From assembly GCA_038087875.1 (NCBI GenBank), contig CM075988.1:16742001-16806000 (forward strand): a DNA stretch of 64,000 bases. Reading direction: 5' to 3'. The translations under genes were made by a program, and so were the position numbers. Every line of letters begins with the position of its first letter. Within the stretch, counting starts at the first letter, position 1. Shown piece by piece: positions 25,511 through 38,678 of the stretch. The DNA is from Malacoraja senta. Lineage: Eukaryota. Under the pieces are notes generated by a model, which searched no databases, was not told where the DNA came from, and worked only from the letters and a program-made list of their open reading frames with translations.

Positions 25511-27079
25511 TGTCCTGCGGAGATGCTGCCTGACCCGCAGCACTTTGTGTTCCAAGCCATTATATTTACTGTTTGACCCCTATTAAAGCATTGGCCCTAA
25601 TCTTATTAACTTTCTCTTCAGGATTTGGTTGGGTTAAAGTTCTACCCATTGTCTCAAGTTGAAGTAGTTCACAAGACCCAACCCTACAGGATGGACCATA
25701 AAGTTTTTATGCATAACCTGTTCCCTTTCAAGTTTCACTCATCACCACCACACCCCCCTCCCTGCCCACTCCTCCCATCATCTATTCTATCCCCCCCCTT
25801 CCAATGCTTGAAATAAATCTGGCGATTTCAATCTATGTTCAGATAATTTTCTTTTAATATAATGTAAAAAATAAGTTCCACTGAACTCCGTCCCTAGATA
25901 AACAGTTAAAAATCCCCAAGCATTGACACTTTTTATCAAGCAAACTGATTTCAAGGCTACACCAGACTCTTGTAAAAAATACATTCGAAAATGAAAGAAT
26001 ACCATCTTTGATACAGTATCTATTATGAAATGAATACAGAGAGCTCAAAATGGATTTCAGAATCTAAATGAATCTCAAGGGCTGCAATAATGTCTGTAAG
26101 CTGCTCAAGCTTGGCTCTTGTACTTTTGTGTTGCAATTTAAAACCTATGATTGGATTGCTGTGTTATAATTCAGGGAGGCAACCATTGTCTACCTTGTAA
26201 TGAAAACAGTGGGTGGTACAATGACTAGCTCGGCAATATGTTACCGAGATGTTTAATCTTTGTAGGTGTTGAATTATACTAAATTATGCATATCATAAAG
26301 AGAGTGCCAACATTCACAAAGGGTTCCATAATCTCTGGTTAATCTCTATGTTTTTCACCTCTCACCACCTCTGATCACCAGATCAAATCCTCTTGCACTC
26401 TCCAGGTTGACATCTTGACCACTTGGAGACTAATCTTTCTCTTGTGCCTGTGTGGCTATTTGTGCAACATTACTGCAGACTGGCAAATTCACTTGAAATA
26501 AACCAAGATTCAATGAAAGTAAATTCCTAACTTTCAATGTCGGAACTGCGACATTGAAATAGGGGAAATATGAAGTTTATAAGATTTTGCATCGTGGGGA
26601 CAGACACCACGGGAACAAATACTTTTGCCCATCAAGACCGTGCCCACCATCAACCATCCGTTAAGACAAATGTTCTGTTCTTATTACCATCGAATGCGTG
26701 GTAGAAACCATTCCAGAATGATTGCAGAAGCTCAATAAAGTGGCTCAATATGGGCAATAAATGCTACTCTTGCAATAAAAACAATCTTTTTTCTAGCACT
26801 TCATTATCTTAATTTACAAATAAGCGGGTTGTTGAGAAAAAGTGTAACCGAGAGTGGGACCGCAGGGAACATCTGAAGATTTCTCCACAGGGGCAGGTGT
26901 GGTGATTGAAGTAAGTGTGCACTGTCACTGTTACAGACCGAACCCAGGTGACTGGGAGTGTAGTGCTGCAAGGAGAAGCAAAGAAGACTTTCCAGGCCTA
27001 CAGACGCTATAGTGGCAATGAGTCTTCAAGAAAGTGGTTGGACAGTCAGCCAGCCCAGAGCAACAAGAAATAGGCCACT

Positions 27080-27545
27080 AATGGAAAGGAAGACAAAGGA
27101 GACAGGAGGATGGATGAGATGAAGGGCAAGAGCAAAGGAGATGGGACGAGAACAAGAGGGCTGTGGTGAAGGGTGAAGAGATAAGTGAGGGGGGATAGAG
27201 TGAGCGGGATAGATATGTGAAGTGAGGGGTATCGAGTGAGGAGTAGATATTGGTGCAGAGTGTGAGGGGAACCAAGTGAGGTTCCTGTTAAAGGGAACAG
27301 GCTGGGACCAGGTGGACAGGATGAGGGTGAGGAGGATGGGATGAGACAGCAGGGGGCAGGTTGAGGAGATGGGATGAGGGCAAGAGTGGTAGGATGCGAT
27401 GACAAATGGGGGCAAGGAGCAGAGAGAGTGTGATGTCAGGTTGAGGGAGTTAGTGGGCAAGGATGTGTGAGCACAACATGGAGTGAACAGGGTACAGGTA
27501 GGTACAGATAAAATGTGGACCACTGAGAGAGATGAAGAAAGGAAG
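27080..27545 (+). repeat. GA-rich low-complexity tract
   Basis: Polypurine composition; explains the Pro/Ser/Leu-rich ORFs on the minus strand. Confidence 0.7.
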
Positions 27546-27987
27546 AACACTCAAAAGATTTAACCTGCAGGATTTCTCTCCTGCAGTGTGACGTCACTAT
27601 TCTGTGTATGCCTTTGTACACAGCAACTTGTATCTCTGTTTACCCTGTGAAGCACGTTCACTATTGGAGCTGGCTTGCAATCTAAAAGGTTGAACCATCC
27701 TGTTTTCTATTAACCACAATTTCTCCCAAGCCTCTGAAAGTGGTTGACTAACCTGGCAGCCGTACTGGTCCTCTGACATGCTCCATTATCTTCTATGAAT
27801 TGAATATACAGTCAGGTCCCACACACCTCCTGAAGTTCAGCAGGGCTCACCTCTTGTCTACAGCTCTTGTTTAAAGTTGTGACACAGAGGCAGTGCAAGT
27901 GCTGGAGTGGGCGTCGCTCGTGCGATGGATGTGGCTATTACTGACATGAAGTGTCGACATTATCAAATAAGGTCAAACAAACCTTCA

Positions 27988-28313
27988 GGGCGGTCACGGA
28001 GGCGCAGCAGTAGAGTTGCTGCCTTACAGGAAATGCAGCGCCGGAGACCCGGGTTCGATCCCGACTGCGAGTGCATGTCTGTATGGAGTTTGTACGCTCT
28101 CCCCGTGACCTGCATTGGTTTTCTCCGAGATCTTCGGTTTCCTCCCACACTCAAAAAACGTACAGGTTTGTAGGTGAATTGGCTTGGTAAATGTAAAAAT
28201 TGTCGCTAGTGGGTGTAGGATAGTGTTTATGTGCGGGGATCGCTGGTCGGAGCGGACCCGGTGGGCCGAAGGGCCTGTTTCTGCATTGTATCTCTAAACT
28301 AAACTAAACTAAA
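27988..28313 (+). mobile_element. V-SINE, full length
   Basis: A/B boxes, V domain, (CTAAA)n tail. Confidence 0.9.
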
Positions 28314-28530
28314 CAACACAAAACTCTTCATATCTGTTTGCATCCTTAAGTGGCATTAGAGTGGCACAGTGGTCGAGCTGCTGCCTCACAGTGCCAGAGA
28401 CCTGGGTTTGATCCTGATCAAGGTGCTGGTCCTTGGAAGCACTCTCCATAAGCCAAGGTCAATCCCATCTTGCCAAACTACACAGACAGAGGGGAATTAC
28501 ACGAGCCACCAAGTGGCATCGGATGAGGAA

Positions 28531-28832
28531 TGGATAGAATACACAGGCAGACCTTTTCTCAAGGGTGAAATATCAAAGACTAGAGGGCACAGCTTTGAGA
28601 AGGGAGGGGCAAAGTTTAAAGGAGATGTGCAAGGCAAGTATTTTTTGTACAGAGTGTGCGGAGTGCCTGGAATGTGCTGCCAGGGGTGGTGGTGGAGGCA
28701 GATACGATGGTGGCATTTAAGATGCTTTTCGGTAGACACGAGGATATGCAGGGAATGGAAGCAACGGACAACGTGCAAGCCAGGGAGATTTGTTGAACCT
28801 GGTCTCATATTTGGCATGGACATTGTGGGCTG
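28531..28832 (+). mobile_element. CR1 LINE 3' fragment
   Basis: SKTRGHSFEKGGAKFKGDVQGKYF motif. Confidence 0.75.
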
Positions 28833-29087
28833 AAATTGACTTCTCCAATTTCCGTTAGCCCTTGCTGTCTCCTCCCCTTCTCAGCTCTCCCTCAGCCCTC
28901 TGGCTCCTCCTCTTCCTTTCTTCTTCCCGCCCCCCCCCATCCCCACCCTGCATCAGTCTGAAGAAGGGTTTCAGCCCGAAACGTTGCCTATTTCCTTCGC
29001 TCCATAGATGCTGCCACACCCGCTGAGTTTCTCCAGCAATTTTGTCTACCTTCGATTTTCCAGCATCTGCAGTTCCTTCTTGAACAC
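28831..29087 (+). mobile_element. PLE 3' end with hammerhead motif (28956-28988)
   Basis: IDFSNFR* ORF end, pyrimidine-rich UTR, CTGAAGAAGGGTTTCAGCCCGAAACGTT, family tail. Confidence 0.85.
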
Positions 29088-30759
29088 TTTACTGTTCCGT
29101 GTTCTATATTTTAGGTTATTTCTTTCACGCAAATAGAAGTGGAATCAATACTAATCGATTCCTGTTTACAAAACGTCGCTGTATCATCGAGGTATTCTTC
29201 AAAAACTCATTACTTTCAGATCAGAATGTCTATGGGCTCTAATACAACCAAACAGATTGCTGGTGATTAAATCAAAGTTCACCCTATCACCCAATGCAAG
29301 CTAAACTCAACAAGAGGCACCCAAATGTGAAAAAGGCTCCTAACAAAATTCTATACAAATACTCAAACTTGGTAGTGCAGGGGAGGGAATGAATCAGGAG
29401 ATTACAGGCTCAAATAACCAGGGTAAATGGAGCCATCAAGAGGGTTTTAATTTACTACATTTAATCTGTAGCTATTCTGCAAAGTCAACAAAGTCATAAT
29501 GTTAAAAACTAAAATGCTCTATTTGGAATTGTCTCTATTTAATTTCTCAAAACCTGCCCTTTTTTCAACACCTCTGATTAGAGATCCATTTATTCTTCCT
29601 TTGAGCATCTATTTAAGCAATATTTTGAATGTCAACTCCTCATCCTATCTTCCATGCATCAAGGGTCACTGCCTTCCCTTCAATCCCCACCTTTAATCTG
29701 TGCCATCTCACCCTGCCTTATCAGCTTGCTTGTTCTCTTTATCTTGCAATTCTGGGATCTCCCGATTTTACCTGTCCCAGCATTTTGAGCTGCCGTGAAC
29801 CCAATCTCCAGAATTCACGCTCGGAAACTGTCCACCTCCGAAAAGATGTCCCTTAAAACCTGCGCGTCTCAGCAGGTTGTTAGTCATCTCTCCGTCTACC
29901 TCTCACCCCCAAACTTGAATGTTGCCAATTTCCTGTTGGATTGCCCTCTTTGGGATATTTCATTAAGTTAGACATGCTGTATAAAAGCTCAGTTATTTTG
30001 CTCTGCTTTTTCCCAGATCTCTTCACCTCTTGACCTCTCTTACTCCTTTGAAACGCTTAACAAAGCCGACTTCTTCACTGCAACTCTCAGTGACACCACT
30101 CTTGGCTCCGCGCCAAGATTTCTCCGCAGATACTCTGCAAAATACTTTGGATGGTATTATTTGGTTAAGGCAATGATTAAGTGTATGTTTTATTCTTGTT
30201 TTATTGTGACAGTAAGATCGAGCACTGCACGATTTAGCAGCAAGTCAGCGGTACATTGGAATTCTTTGTAATGAGCTTAACTGCAAAGGCCTTTTATGAG
30301 TTAAGTGGTGAAATGATATTTCCTGTACAGGTGATTCTTCTTTAAATGTGCTTATCAAATGGGAATGGAACCCTTGTTCAATTCAGAGACAGCTTTCAGA
30401 AACAAGCTCTTACATTTTGAAAACACTTATTGTTGGCAAGTTAAAAGAACCGACTGGATTGCTGAATGCAGCAATAGGAGAGAAATCACGAGGAAATATA
30501 CAGGCAGGCTCCAAAGGACTAGGAGATGGATGATATAAGTAGGAGAAGTATTTCTAGTGTAGGTCTGGTAACTTAACCCAAGTAGATCAAGTAGGAGGTG
30601 TGGGTTGGCTAGGATGGCTCAGTTGTATACTTCAATACCAAATTTAAGTTGGATTTGGATCGGTTTATGCTTGGCTCCTTATACCATTTAGAACATAGAA
30701 ACACAGTAAATCGGAGCAGAAGATGGCTATTCATCACTGCCAGCCCATTCTATACCAAG

Positions 30760-31080
30760 CAGCACAATTGTAGCAATGGTAGAGCTGCTGCTTCACAGTG
30801 CCAGAGACCTGGATTCGATCCTGACCTTGGGTGCTGTCTGGGTGGAGTTTGCACATCCTCCCTGTGACTTTGTGCGATTCCTCCGGATGCTCTGGTATCC
30901 TCCCACATCCCAAAGACTTGTAGGTTAATTGGCCTTTGTGAATTGCCCTTAGTGGGTAAAGAGCAGATGTGAAAGTGTGGAAACCTAGAACTAACGTGGA
31001 TGGATGGTCGACGGCCGGCATGGACCCGGTGGGCCGAAGGGCCCGTTTCCATGCTGTATCTCTAAACTAAACTCTAAACT
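30760..31080 (+). mobile_element. V-SINE
   Basis: tRNA head, V domain, tail. Confidence 0.85.
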
Positions 31081-33496
31081 ATAAAAAATATGTTCCCGGC
31101 TGACCATTGAAATTCAGTACCCTGGTCAGTACCCTGTTCCTGCTTTCCCCATATCTTGATATCCTTCCAGCCCTAACAATACCTAAATGATTAAATATAT
31201 TTAATGATTTGGCTTCAACCATTTCCTAATGTGGACCATTCCACAGGTTCACCACTCTCTGAAAGAAGACATTTATTTCACCTCACTCTTGAATAACTCA
31301 CCCGGTTATCCTCAGTGTGTGTCTGCACAAACCCGCCCTGCCCTGCCCTGCCCTGCCCTGCCCTCCCACGTAACATTTTTCCTGAATCTAATCTGTCCTG
31401 TCCTGTTAGAATTTTATATGAGATTCCCTCTCATCATGGGCTACCAACATCACTGCACATCCAAAGTGTAATGGTGCTGAAGTGGAGATGGTCGAGAGCT
31501 TCAAGCTCCAAGGAGTAAATATCACCTTGTCTTAAACAATTGTCCTTTCAGAACACCACTATGGCTTGTGAGAGAGAATAAGTTGCAGAACTATAGGGAA
31601 ATAACAACAGTGATATTGGTACTGATTTATTATTGTCACAAGTATCAAAATGCAGTGATAAAATCTGTTTTGTGTGCTATCCAGGCAAATCATGTCACAA
31701 GTACTTCAAAAGAGAAAATAAACAAAGTGCAGAATATGGTGTTTCAGCTACGAAGAAAGTACAGATTAAAAAAGTGCAAGGGCTGCAAGAAGGTGGCTAG
31801 GAGGAACGTGAATGTTTTGGGGTGGAAGGAAGGCACTGCTAGGAGCTGATATGCATTTGATGGGTTAAGTACTCCTTATGGTTCAAAGTGGAATCTTTAA
31901 AAGAAAATATCCCTAAATGAGCTGCAGTATTGATGAGGTTCAACATGATCTTCAGCAATAACGTGGATATCCAAATGCAGATACCTGCAGTAATAAAATC
32001 ATTGAGGACTGCCAGTGTACCTGCTGAATGCTTACACAATAATCACAACACTAACTAAATTGTGCACCATTACAGTTATTTTTCTAAGAAATCTGCCATC
32101 AAGTTTGTTTGTTGCCATTGAGAAATATGTTAGCACAGTAAAAAAGAACCCTTTGCAATATCTTTTTTGAAAATGTTAACAATCTAACTATCTGAATCCA
32201 TCAAACTCAGACACAATCATCCTGCATTTCCTTGAATTTGATATCATGCTGTGTGCCAAGTTAGAATTCTTTCCTCACTTTCAATTGAATCTTTTTTTTC
32301 CCCCCTTGAGTTAGTGTAGCTGGGAATGATAATGGGACGTCTGGGACTTTGTTCAAAAGTCAATCGACAGTCCATCGTCCTTAAGCAAGAAGATTTAAGG
32401 AAAGGGCAAATGACATCGGAGGGTATAGAGTGAATTGGAATCAAGTTAGATACAGAAACTGAAATAAAGATAGGGAAAGCCATACCGAGAAAAAGAATCT
32501 AAAAATAAAAAGGACAGAAAATATAACATGTTATAAGTGACTAATCTCACAACTCCATATTGTCTGTGAGAATGATTTTTGAAAGATTAAATTGGTGCCT
32601 TCCTGAGTCAGGGACTGGTGCTAGAATTCCATCATTAATGGCAGACTACATTGTGAATCTAGTCTACATTCACAATGTAGACTAGATTGAGTTTGATACT
32701 TAAACCTATTATTTTTTCATGTGTTTGGCCAATGTTATCAGCTGTCATTGCGAAACACCTGGTTTAAATGTAAAATAGAGTGAATGTTTTAAACTCACAG
32801 GAGATCCAGAAGTATTTAAACAAGGTTCATGTTTCAGGAGATATTATGTTGGTCGAACTTTCTCCTTTTTAATTCTGATCCCCATGTTGAATGTGTTTAC
32901 AGTTGCATCTGTTCTGAATTAGATTTGCAAGCACTCCCAGTTGCCTTGTTTATTTCTAACCATTGCTTTGTCCTTGCTGTGACTACTGCCACAACAAATT
33001 CACATTGGACAGTGCGTTGAGGCAGAACCACAGTCTGATCTGACATTATGAATCACTCCACTGACCTATGTATGTTCTTGGCAGAAGTGAAGACATCCTT
33101 GCCAGGGGCATCATTATGAGGAAGCAAAGGATGAATTACACCTTCTCAGACCAATGGACTGAAGAAAAACTTCCCCCATACTTGAAAACAAGTCTCACCA
33201 TACGATTCGATAGTCTCTTGTAGAGCAACAGTGAAGTGATATAGTGCCTCCAGTGGATCTTCACACGAGTACAATCAGACAAAACATGACCCAGCATAAC
33301 CCGATGAAAGAGATAAGAGGGTGAACCCAAAACCTTTGAATGAATCAATTATAAGCAGCATCTTAGGCAAGGATGTAATGTCAAAACTAGGAGGCTGGCA
33401 GCAAGGAAGCCAAGGAAATCCAGCTACATCCTCGCCCAGTAATGGACGGCACAGTGGTGCAGTCGAGCGGTAGAGCCACAGATTAAAGGAACACAG

Positions 33497-33788
33497 GGCG
33501 GCACAGTGGCATAATGCGGGACAGTGGTAGAGTTGCTGCCTTACAGCGCCAGAGTCCCGGGTTTGATCCTGACGATGTGTGCTGTCTGTACGGAGTTTTA
33601 CGTTCTCCCTGTGACTGCACGGGTTTTCTCCAGATACTTCGTTTTCTTCCCACGCTCCTAAGACGTACAGGGTTGTAGGTTAATTGGTCTCTGTAAATTG
33701 TACATTATCCCTAGTATGTGGGATAGAGCTAGTGTATGGGGTGATCACTGGTTGGCGCAGGCTCAGTGGGTCAAAGGGCCTGCTTCCA
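33497..33788 (+). mobile_element. V-SINE
   Basis: tRNA head (with partial duplicated head upstream), V domain. Confidence 0.85.
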
Positions 33789-33953
33789 GATCACACCATG
33801 CAAGTTGGGAAAGTAAAAGTATGAAATAAATATAAATATTTGCAAACAATCAAATTATTATTATAACTCACCTGCTTAACTGATAGGCTACAGGAAAGGA
33901 AATATGCCCAGTTATTTTTTCTGGCATGTGTATACCTCCAGACCCAAATTTAA

Positions 33954-34234
33954 TTTAGAGAAACAGGGTTTTCGGCTCACCGAGTCCGTGATGGCCAGCG
34001 ATCACCAATACATTAGTTCTATCCTATACACAAGGGACAATTTTTACAGAAGCCAATTAACCAACAAACCTGCACATGTTTGGAATGTGGGAGGAAACCA
34101 GAGCACCCGGAGAAAACCCACGCAGTCACAGGGAGAACATACAAACTCCATGCAGACAGCACACGTAGTCAGGATTGAACCCAGATCTCTGGCGCAGTAA
34201 GGCAGCAACTCTACTGCAGCCCCACTGTGCCGCA
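33954..34234 (-). mobile_element. V-SINE
   Basis: Reverse-complement copy; with 33497-33788 forms an inverted SINE pair. Confidence 0.85.
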
Positions 34235-34299
34235 CAGTAATGTTGTCAGCTCTCAGCAATCGCCAGAAACAGCCTTACAAGCTACAGTTTAAAGGCAGG

Positions 34300-34960
34300 T
34301 CGCATCTGTCTCTACAAGAGTCTGGCAATGGCCGACATTTGCACACATTCCATGAATAAAAGCGCGGCAGTTCGGTTAACCGCCTCATTCTTGATTGAGC
34401 TAGCTGGGTCGTGAATCTCCGTCGCACGCTCCACCACAAACCTAAGTAAATTCACTTCAAGAAAAGTACTGGGCGACCGAGGGTTAATTCACCAGTGGCA
34501 CATAAAAAGCACACACGCAGAGACACATACAGTACACGAGAGAGCAGACTGAACTTGCAAGCAGATCACAGTCACGTGGTTCTCTCTTCCGCCTGAGCTG
34601 TGAAGCGTGAATGGATTTACAGATGTAAAATCACATCTTGGTAACCTTCAGAACAAATCCCTGACATCCTTCACACAGCACTGCACTAACAGGTTATACA
34701 TTACCAGGGTGGAAATATCAACTCCTCGACAGCCCATTACACCAAGCGGAACTCCAAACACACGTTTTTATCAGCAATCTTACTTTGATACTATTAACGC
34801 ACAATACTTATTTTATAAACTCCTGCTGAATAGCAAGTTTCATAATGCATAATTTAATGACTGAAATGAAAGAAGTTATCCCACAAGGAATCATAACGTT
34901 AGAATAATCAGATTGGGTGTAGCAACACGGGAGGACGTGGCGTGCAGTCAGACGTGCCAA
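34300..34960. promoter_or_regulatory. Candidate regulatory region (CpG retained, E-box and RCGTG cluster)
   Basis: GTCACGTGG 34571-34579; ACGTG/GCGTG/ACGTG 34935-34956; repeat-free. Confidence 0.3.
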
Positions 34961-35814
34961 ATAGTCTGCTATCATGTACATGTACATCCAATGTAATCAG
35001 GAGAAAAACAACTCGCTCTTATTAAGAGCAAGAAGTTTTTATTGTCCTTATAATTCTCCTCATCTTTGTCCCCTTTACTCATCTGCAAGCAACACTGGAC
35101 GAAAATTCTACGGGAACAAAGTGTGTATTAAACTAGTCAGAAGGTTATTCTACCATTGGAAGCATCACATTCAAAAATAAACTTGTAGTATATATCTTAT
35201 GAAGCTCTGAATGATAGTCCTTGATCTTCAGCTTCTACTTGACAAAGATACAATCAAGAATTTGGTGAGATTGTACACTTTATTGTGACCAACAGCTGTG
35301 AGAGTCCATAGTCTTCAATGGCGCTCTACCCTTTCAGAATCTTCAGGGCTTTTTGATAGACTCAATTTCATTTACTCTACAATGGCAATCCCACTCCACC
35401 ACTCCATTATTTTCAACATGCTCATTTATCCACTGATCCTCATCCACCTCCTCCCTCTCTTCCCCTCCACACATCTTCCACCCTCATGGTGAAGATACCT
35501 TGTTTGCTGGAGTTGTACTGTCATAGTGAATACAGCCTAGTGTCATGAATGGGTGCAGGTCCTCTGGGATCTTATTTCATGCAGCTTAGAGAGGTCTATA
35601 TTGCAAAACTCAAAGCCTTTGTTTGTTTCTGCAGCCTGAGTCTGAAATCACAGAGGCAAACTGTTGGAAGAAATAAAGTGCTGGAGTAACTCAACGGGTC
35701 TGGCAGCATCTATGGAGAACATGGATAGGTGACATTTGGGGTTGGGACTCTTCTTCACCAAAACTGGACACTAAATCAGAGCAACCATATAAGCCACTGA
35801 ACGAAGGAACACAG

Positions 35815-36103
35815 GGCGGCACAGTGGTAGAATTGCTGCCTTACAGCGTAGAGCCTGGTTTCGATCCTGACTATGGGTGCTGTCTATGCAGAGTTTGCAT
35901 GTTCTCCCCGTGACCACGTGGGTTTTCTCCCAGTGCTCCAGTTACCTCCACTTTCCAAAGGCGTGCAGATTTGCAGATTAATTGGCTTCTGTAAACTATC
36001 GCTAGTGTAGGATAGAACTAGTGCATGCGTGATCATTGGTTGGCGTAGACTCGGTGGGTGGATGGGCCTGCTTCCACACTGAATCTCTAAACTAAGCTAA
36101 AAC
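35815..36103 (+). mobile_element. V-SINE
   Basis: tRNA head, V domain, tail. Confidence 0.85.
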
Positions 36104-37217
36104 TATAAACCATGAGTAGAAATGCAAAACTAGTTGGAAATCCGTACCCGGTACTTCATTGCCACTATTTGGGTCATGCCAGCTTCCTCCAGAACTCCTG
36201 TCAAAGCAGTTGCTATATCATACCAGGTGTGAGTCACTGCTAGCATTGGGAGTTGGGCCTTTAGTGTGGTAATTCACAGCGACAGTGCATCATTACAAAG
36301 GTCCTGTGGGAATGGTGAACATCAAAGCACAATCTCCCTCATTGCTGCATATGCTAACTGATAGAATATCCAGACAGGCAGCATTAAGGAGTGCTCCAAT
36401 GAACTGCAAGTTGGGGCCGTGGTTGATCATTCATGATGGGACAAGGAGACACTGAGAACATTTATCATGCAATGTAACCTCTCCTGATCATGAACAGATC
36501 ATTATCAAATACTCTGGAGCATCGGTGTAAATCAGAACTGTGGCAGACTTACCTGTGCCAACACAACATGAAAAATAAAGCATTTCACAACAGTAATTGC
36601 CAGGAGAGAATGCAGCATGCACAGGAGAGATACTGTCATAGAAGAGCCACCTGCACTTTCATCACCAGACCTAGTGTTTGAATTTTAGTGACGGAAGAGA
36701 TAAAAGATTTGAAGCTCGCCTTTTTCCTGGAGTTGAGATGGCAACGATGGTTTAGTTTAGTTTAGTTTAGAGATACAAGCTCTTCGGCCCACCGAGTCTG
36801 TGATCCCCGCACATTACAGTGCTGCAACTCCACCCTGCTGCCTGCAGGTACAGGGCAGGGTCATGTACTGCATCAATGGACCTTCCCTTGCCCAGAACAC
36901 ATGGGACAAGTACCATAAATGATACAAGCCTGAGCTTCAGGACAACATCAAAGATTTCTCAAGAAAGAAGCATCATCTGATGCTAACTGCCAAATTATAA
37001 AATGTCAAGCCTTTGTTTGTCTTCACAGACTTGGATTAAAATCAGATGGGGAATTGGTGAATGTAAATGGGCAGAGTAAGTTATGCATGCAATGGCACAC
37101 CAACATCATGCAAGCTTTCAAATGGACCCAGACACAATCCTCTCCCACTGGGACCTCTCTGGAGGATGGTGTGATGTTACACTTGCAGCTTTAAGGGAGT
37201 GCTCTTTTGGTGGTCAC

Positions 37218-37508
37218 GGGCAGCCATGGTGGCGCAGCGGTAGAGTTGCTGCCTTACAGCGCTTGCAGCGCCGGAGACCCAGGTTCAATCCTGACTACAG
37301 GAGCTGTCTGTACGGAGTATGTATGTTCTCCCCGTGACCATGTGGGTTTTCTCCGAGATCTTTGGTTTCCTCCCACACTCCAAGGGCGTACAGGTATTAG
37401 GTTAATTGGCTTGGTGTATGCGTAAATTGTCCCTAGTGTGTGTAGGATAGTGCGGACTCGGCGGGCCGAAGGGCCTGTTTCCGTGCTGTATCTCTAAACT
37501 AAGCTAAA
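37218..37508 (+). mobile_element. V-SINE
   Basis: tRNA head, V domain, tail. Confidence 0.9.
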
Positions 37509-37768
37509 GGTCAACAAATCGGACCTGCCCCAAAAGCGATAGAGCAAAGGAACACATAATCAGAAATGGAAAAATCACACTTTATTAATATGGTTAGGGA
37601 CCTGTGACAGTTTCTTACGGGTTTCCCGCCAAAGCAGTTTCCACATTATTTGGTCAAGAGTGAAGAGTCAAGATTGTTTTATTGTCACATGTCACGAAAA
37701 AGAATAAGGAAATTCTTACTTGCAGCAGCACAACAGGTATGTAACAATAACCTCAGTACAACCTATAA

Positions 37769-38335
37769 TCTATCTATATATATTGCTAAAACTTTCATCC
37801 TGTTTGTCTGTGCGGGTTTCCTGAAATTACACCAAAACGGTACATGATAGCGCTACAATTTTGCACCACCTTACTCACAATTGCCTTGTGCTGTGTTTTT
37901 ATCAAGTTTCTTTCAGATTGATGTTATATTTTACAAGTTGTTAACATTTTTAACTTTACAAAACCCCAATTTGGTAAAAAAAAGTTACAGTGGTAGTTGC
38001 AGCTATGACATCACAATGAGATTGTAGCCCTGCCCACTACAATGTTGCAAATCCCAGGACACCGAGTCCTGGAAGCAAGTGTAATTGGATTTTTTTTCCT
38101 GACAGCAAGTGCAATTTGATTTTTTTTTTAAGTTTAAAAAGAGGGAGGGTGAATAAGGGGAAGCGAGCCGCTCTGTGCAGTTGAGAGCTATCGGTGAGTG
38201 GTGGAATATTGCATTGGGGAAATGGGTTGCGTTGGGGGAATGGGTGAGTGGTGGAATATTGCGTTGGGGAATGGGTTGCATTAGGGGACCAGGCCTCCCA
38301 TGTGACAGGGACCCAACGGGTCCCACTTGGTCTAG
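37769..38335 (+). mobile_element. Non-autonomous Helitron
   Basis: A|TC 5' end, CTAG|T 3' end, hairpin GGGACCC-AAC-GGGTCCC (38308-38324), no TSD; splits a Rex-type 3' end (37660-38515). Confidence 0.85.
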
Positions 38336-38524
38336 TAAACAACAAAAAAGTAAAATTATGTAGTGCAAAAACAAAACACACAGCACAAAGACTCAAGTGC
38401 AATCAAGGCGGTTTGTAGTTTGGAGTTTAGTTGGAGTTCACAGTGTTCAATAACCTAATGGTAGTTGGGAAGGAACTGTTCCTGAACCAGGACATTACAG
38501 TTTTAAGGCTCCCCCTAAGACATA

Positions 38525-38678
38525 GAAACAAGTAAGTGCAGATGCTGGTTTACACCAAAGATAGACACAAAGTGCTGGAGTAACTCAATAGTTCAGGCAG
38601 CATCTCTGGAGAAAAGGACAGGGACTCTGGAGATGCTGCATGACCCTCTGAATTACTTCAGTTCTTTGAGTCTATACC
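38525..38678. mobile_element. PLE-derived inverted pair (hammerhead core deleted)
   Basis: gctggagtaactca...cagcatctctggag then gagatgctgc...aattacttcag. Confidence 0.6.
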
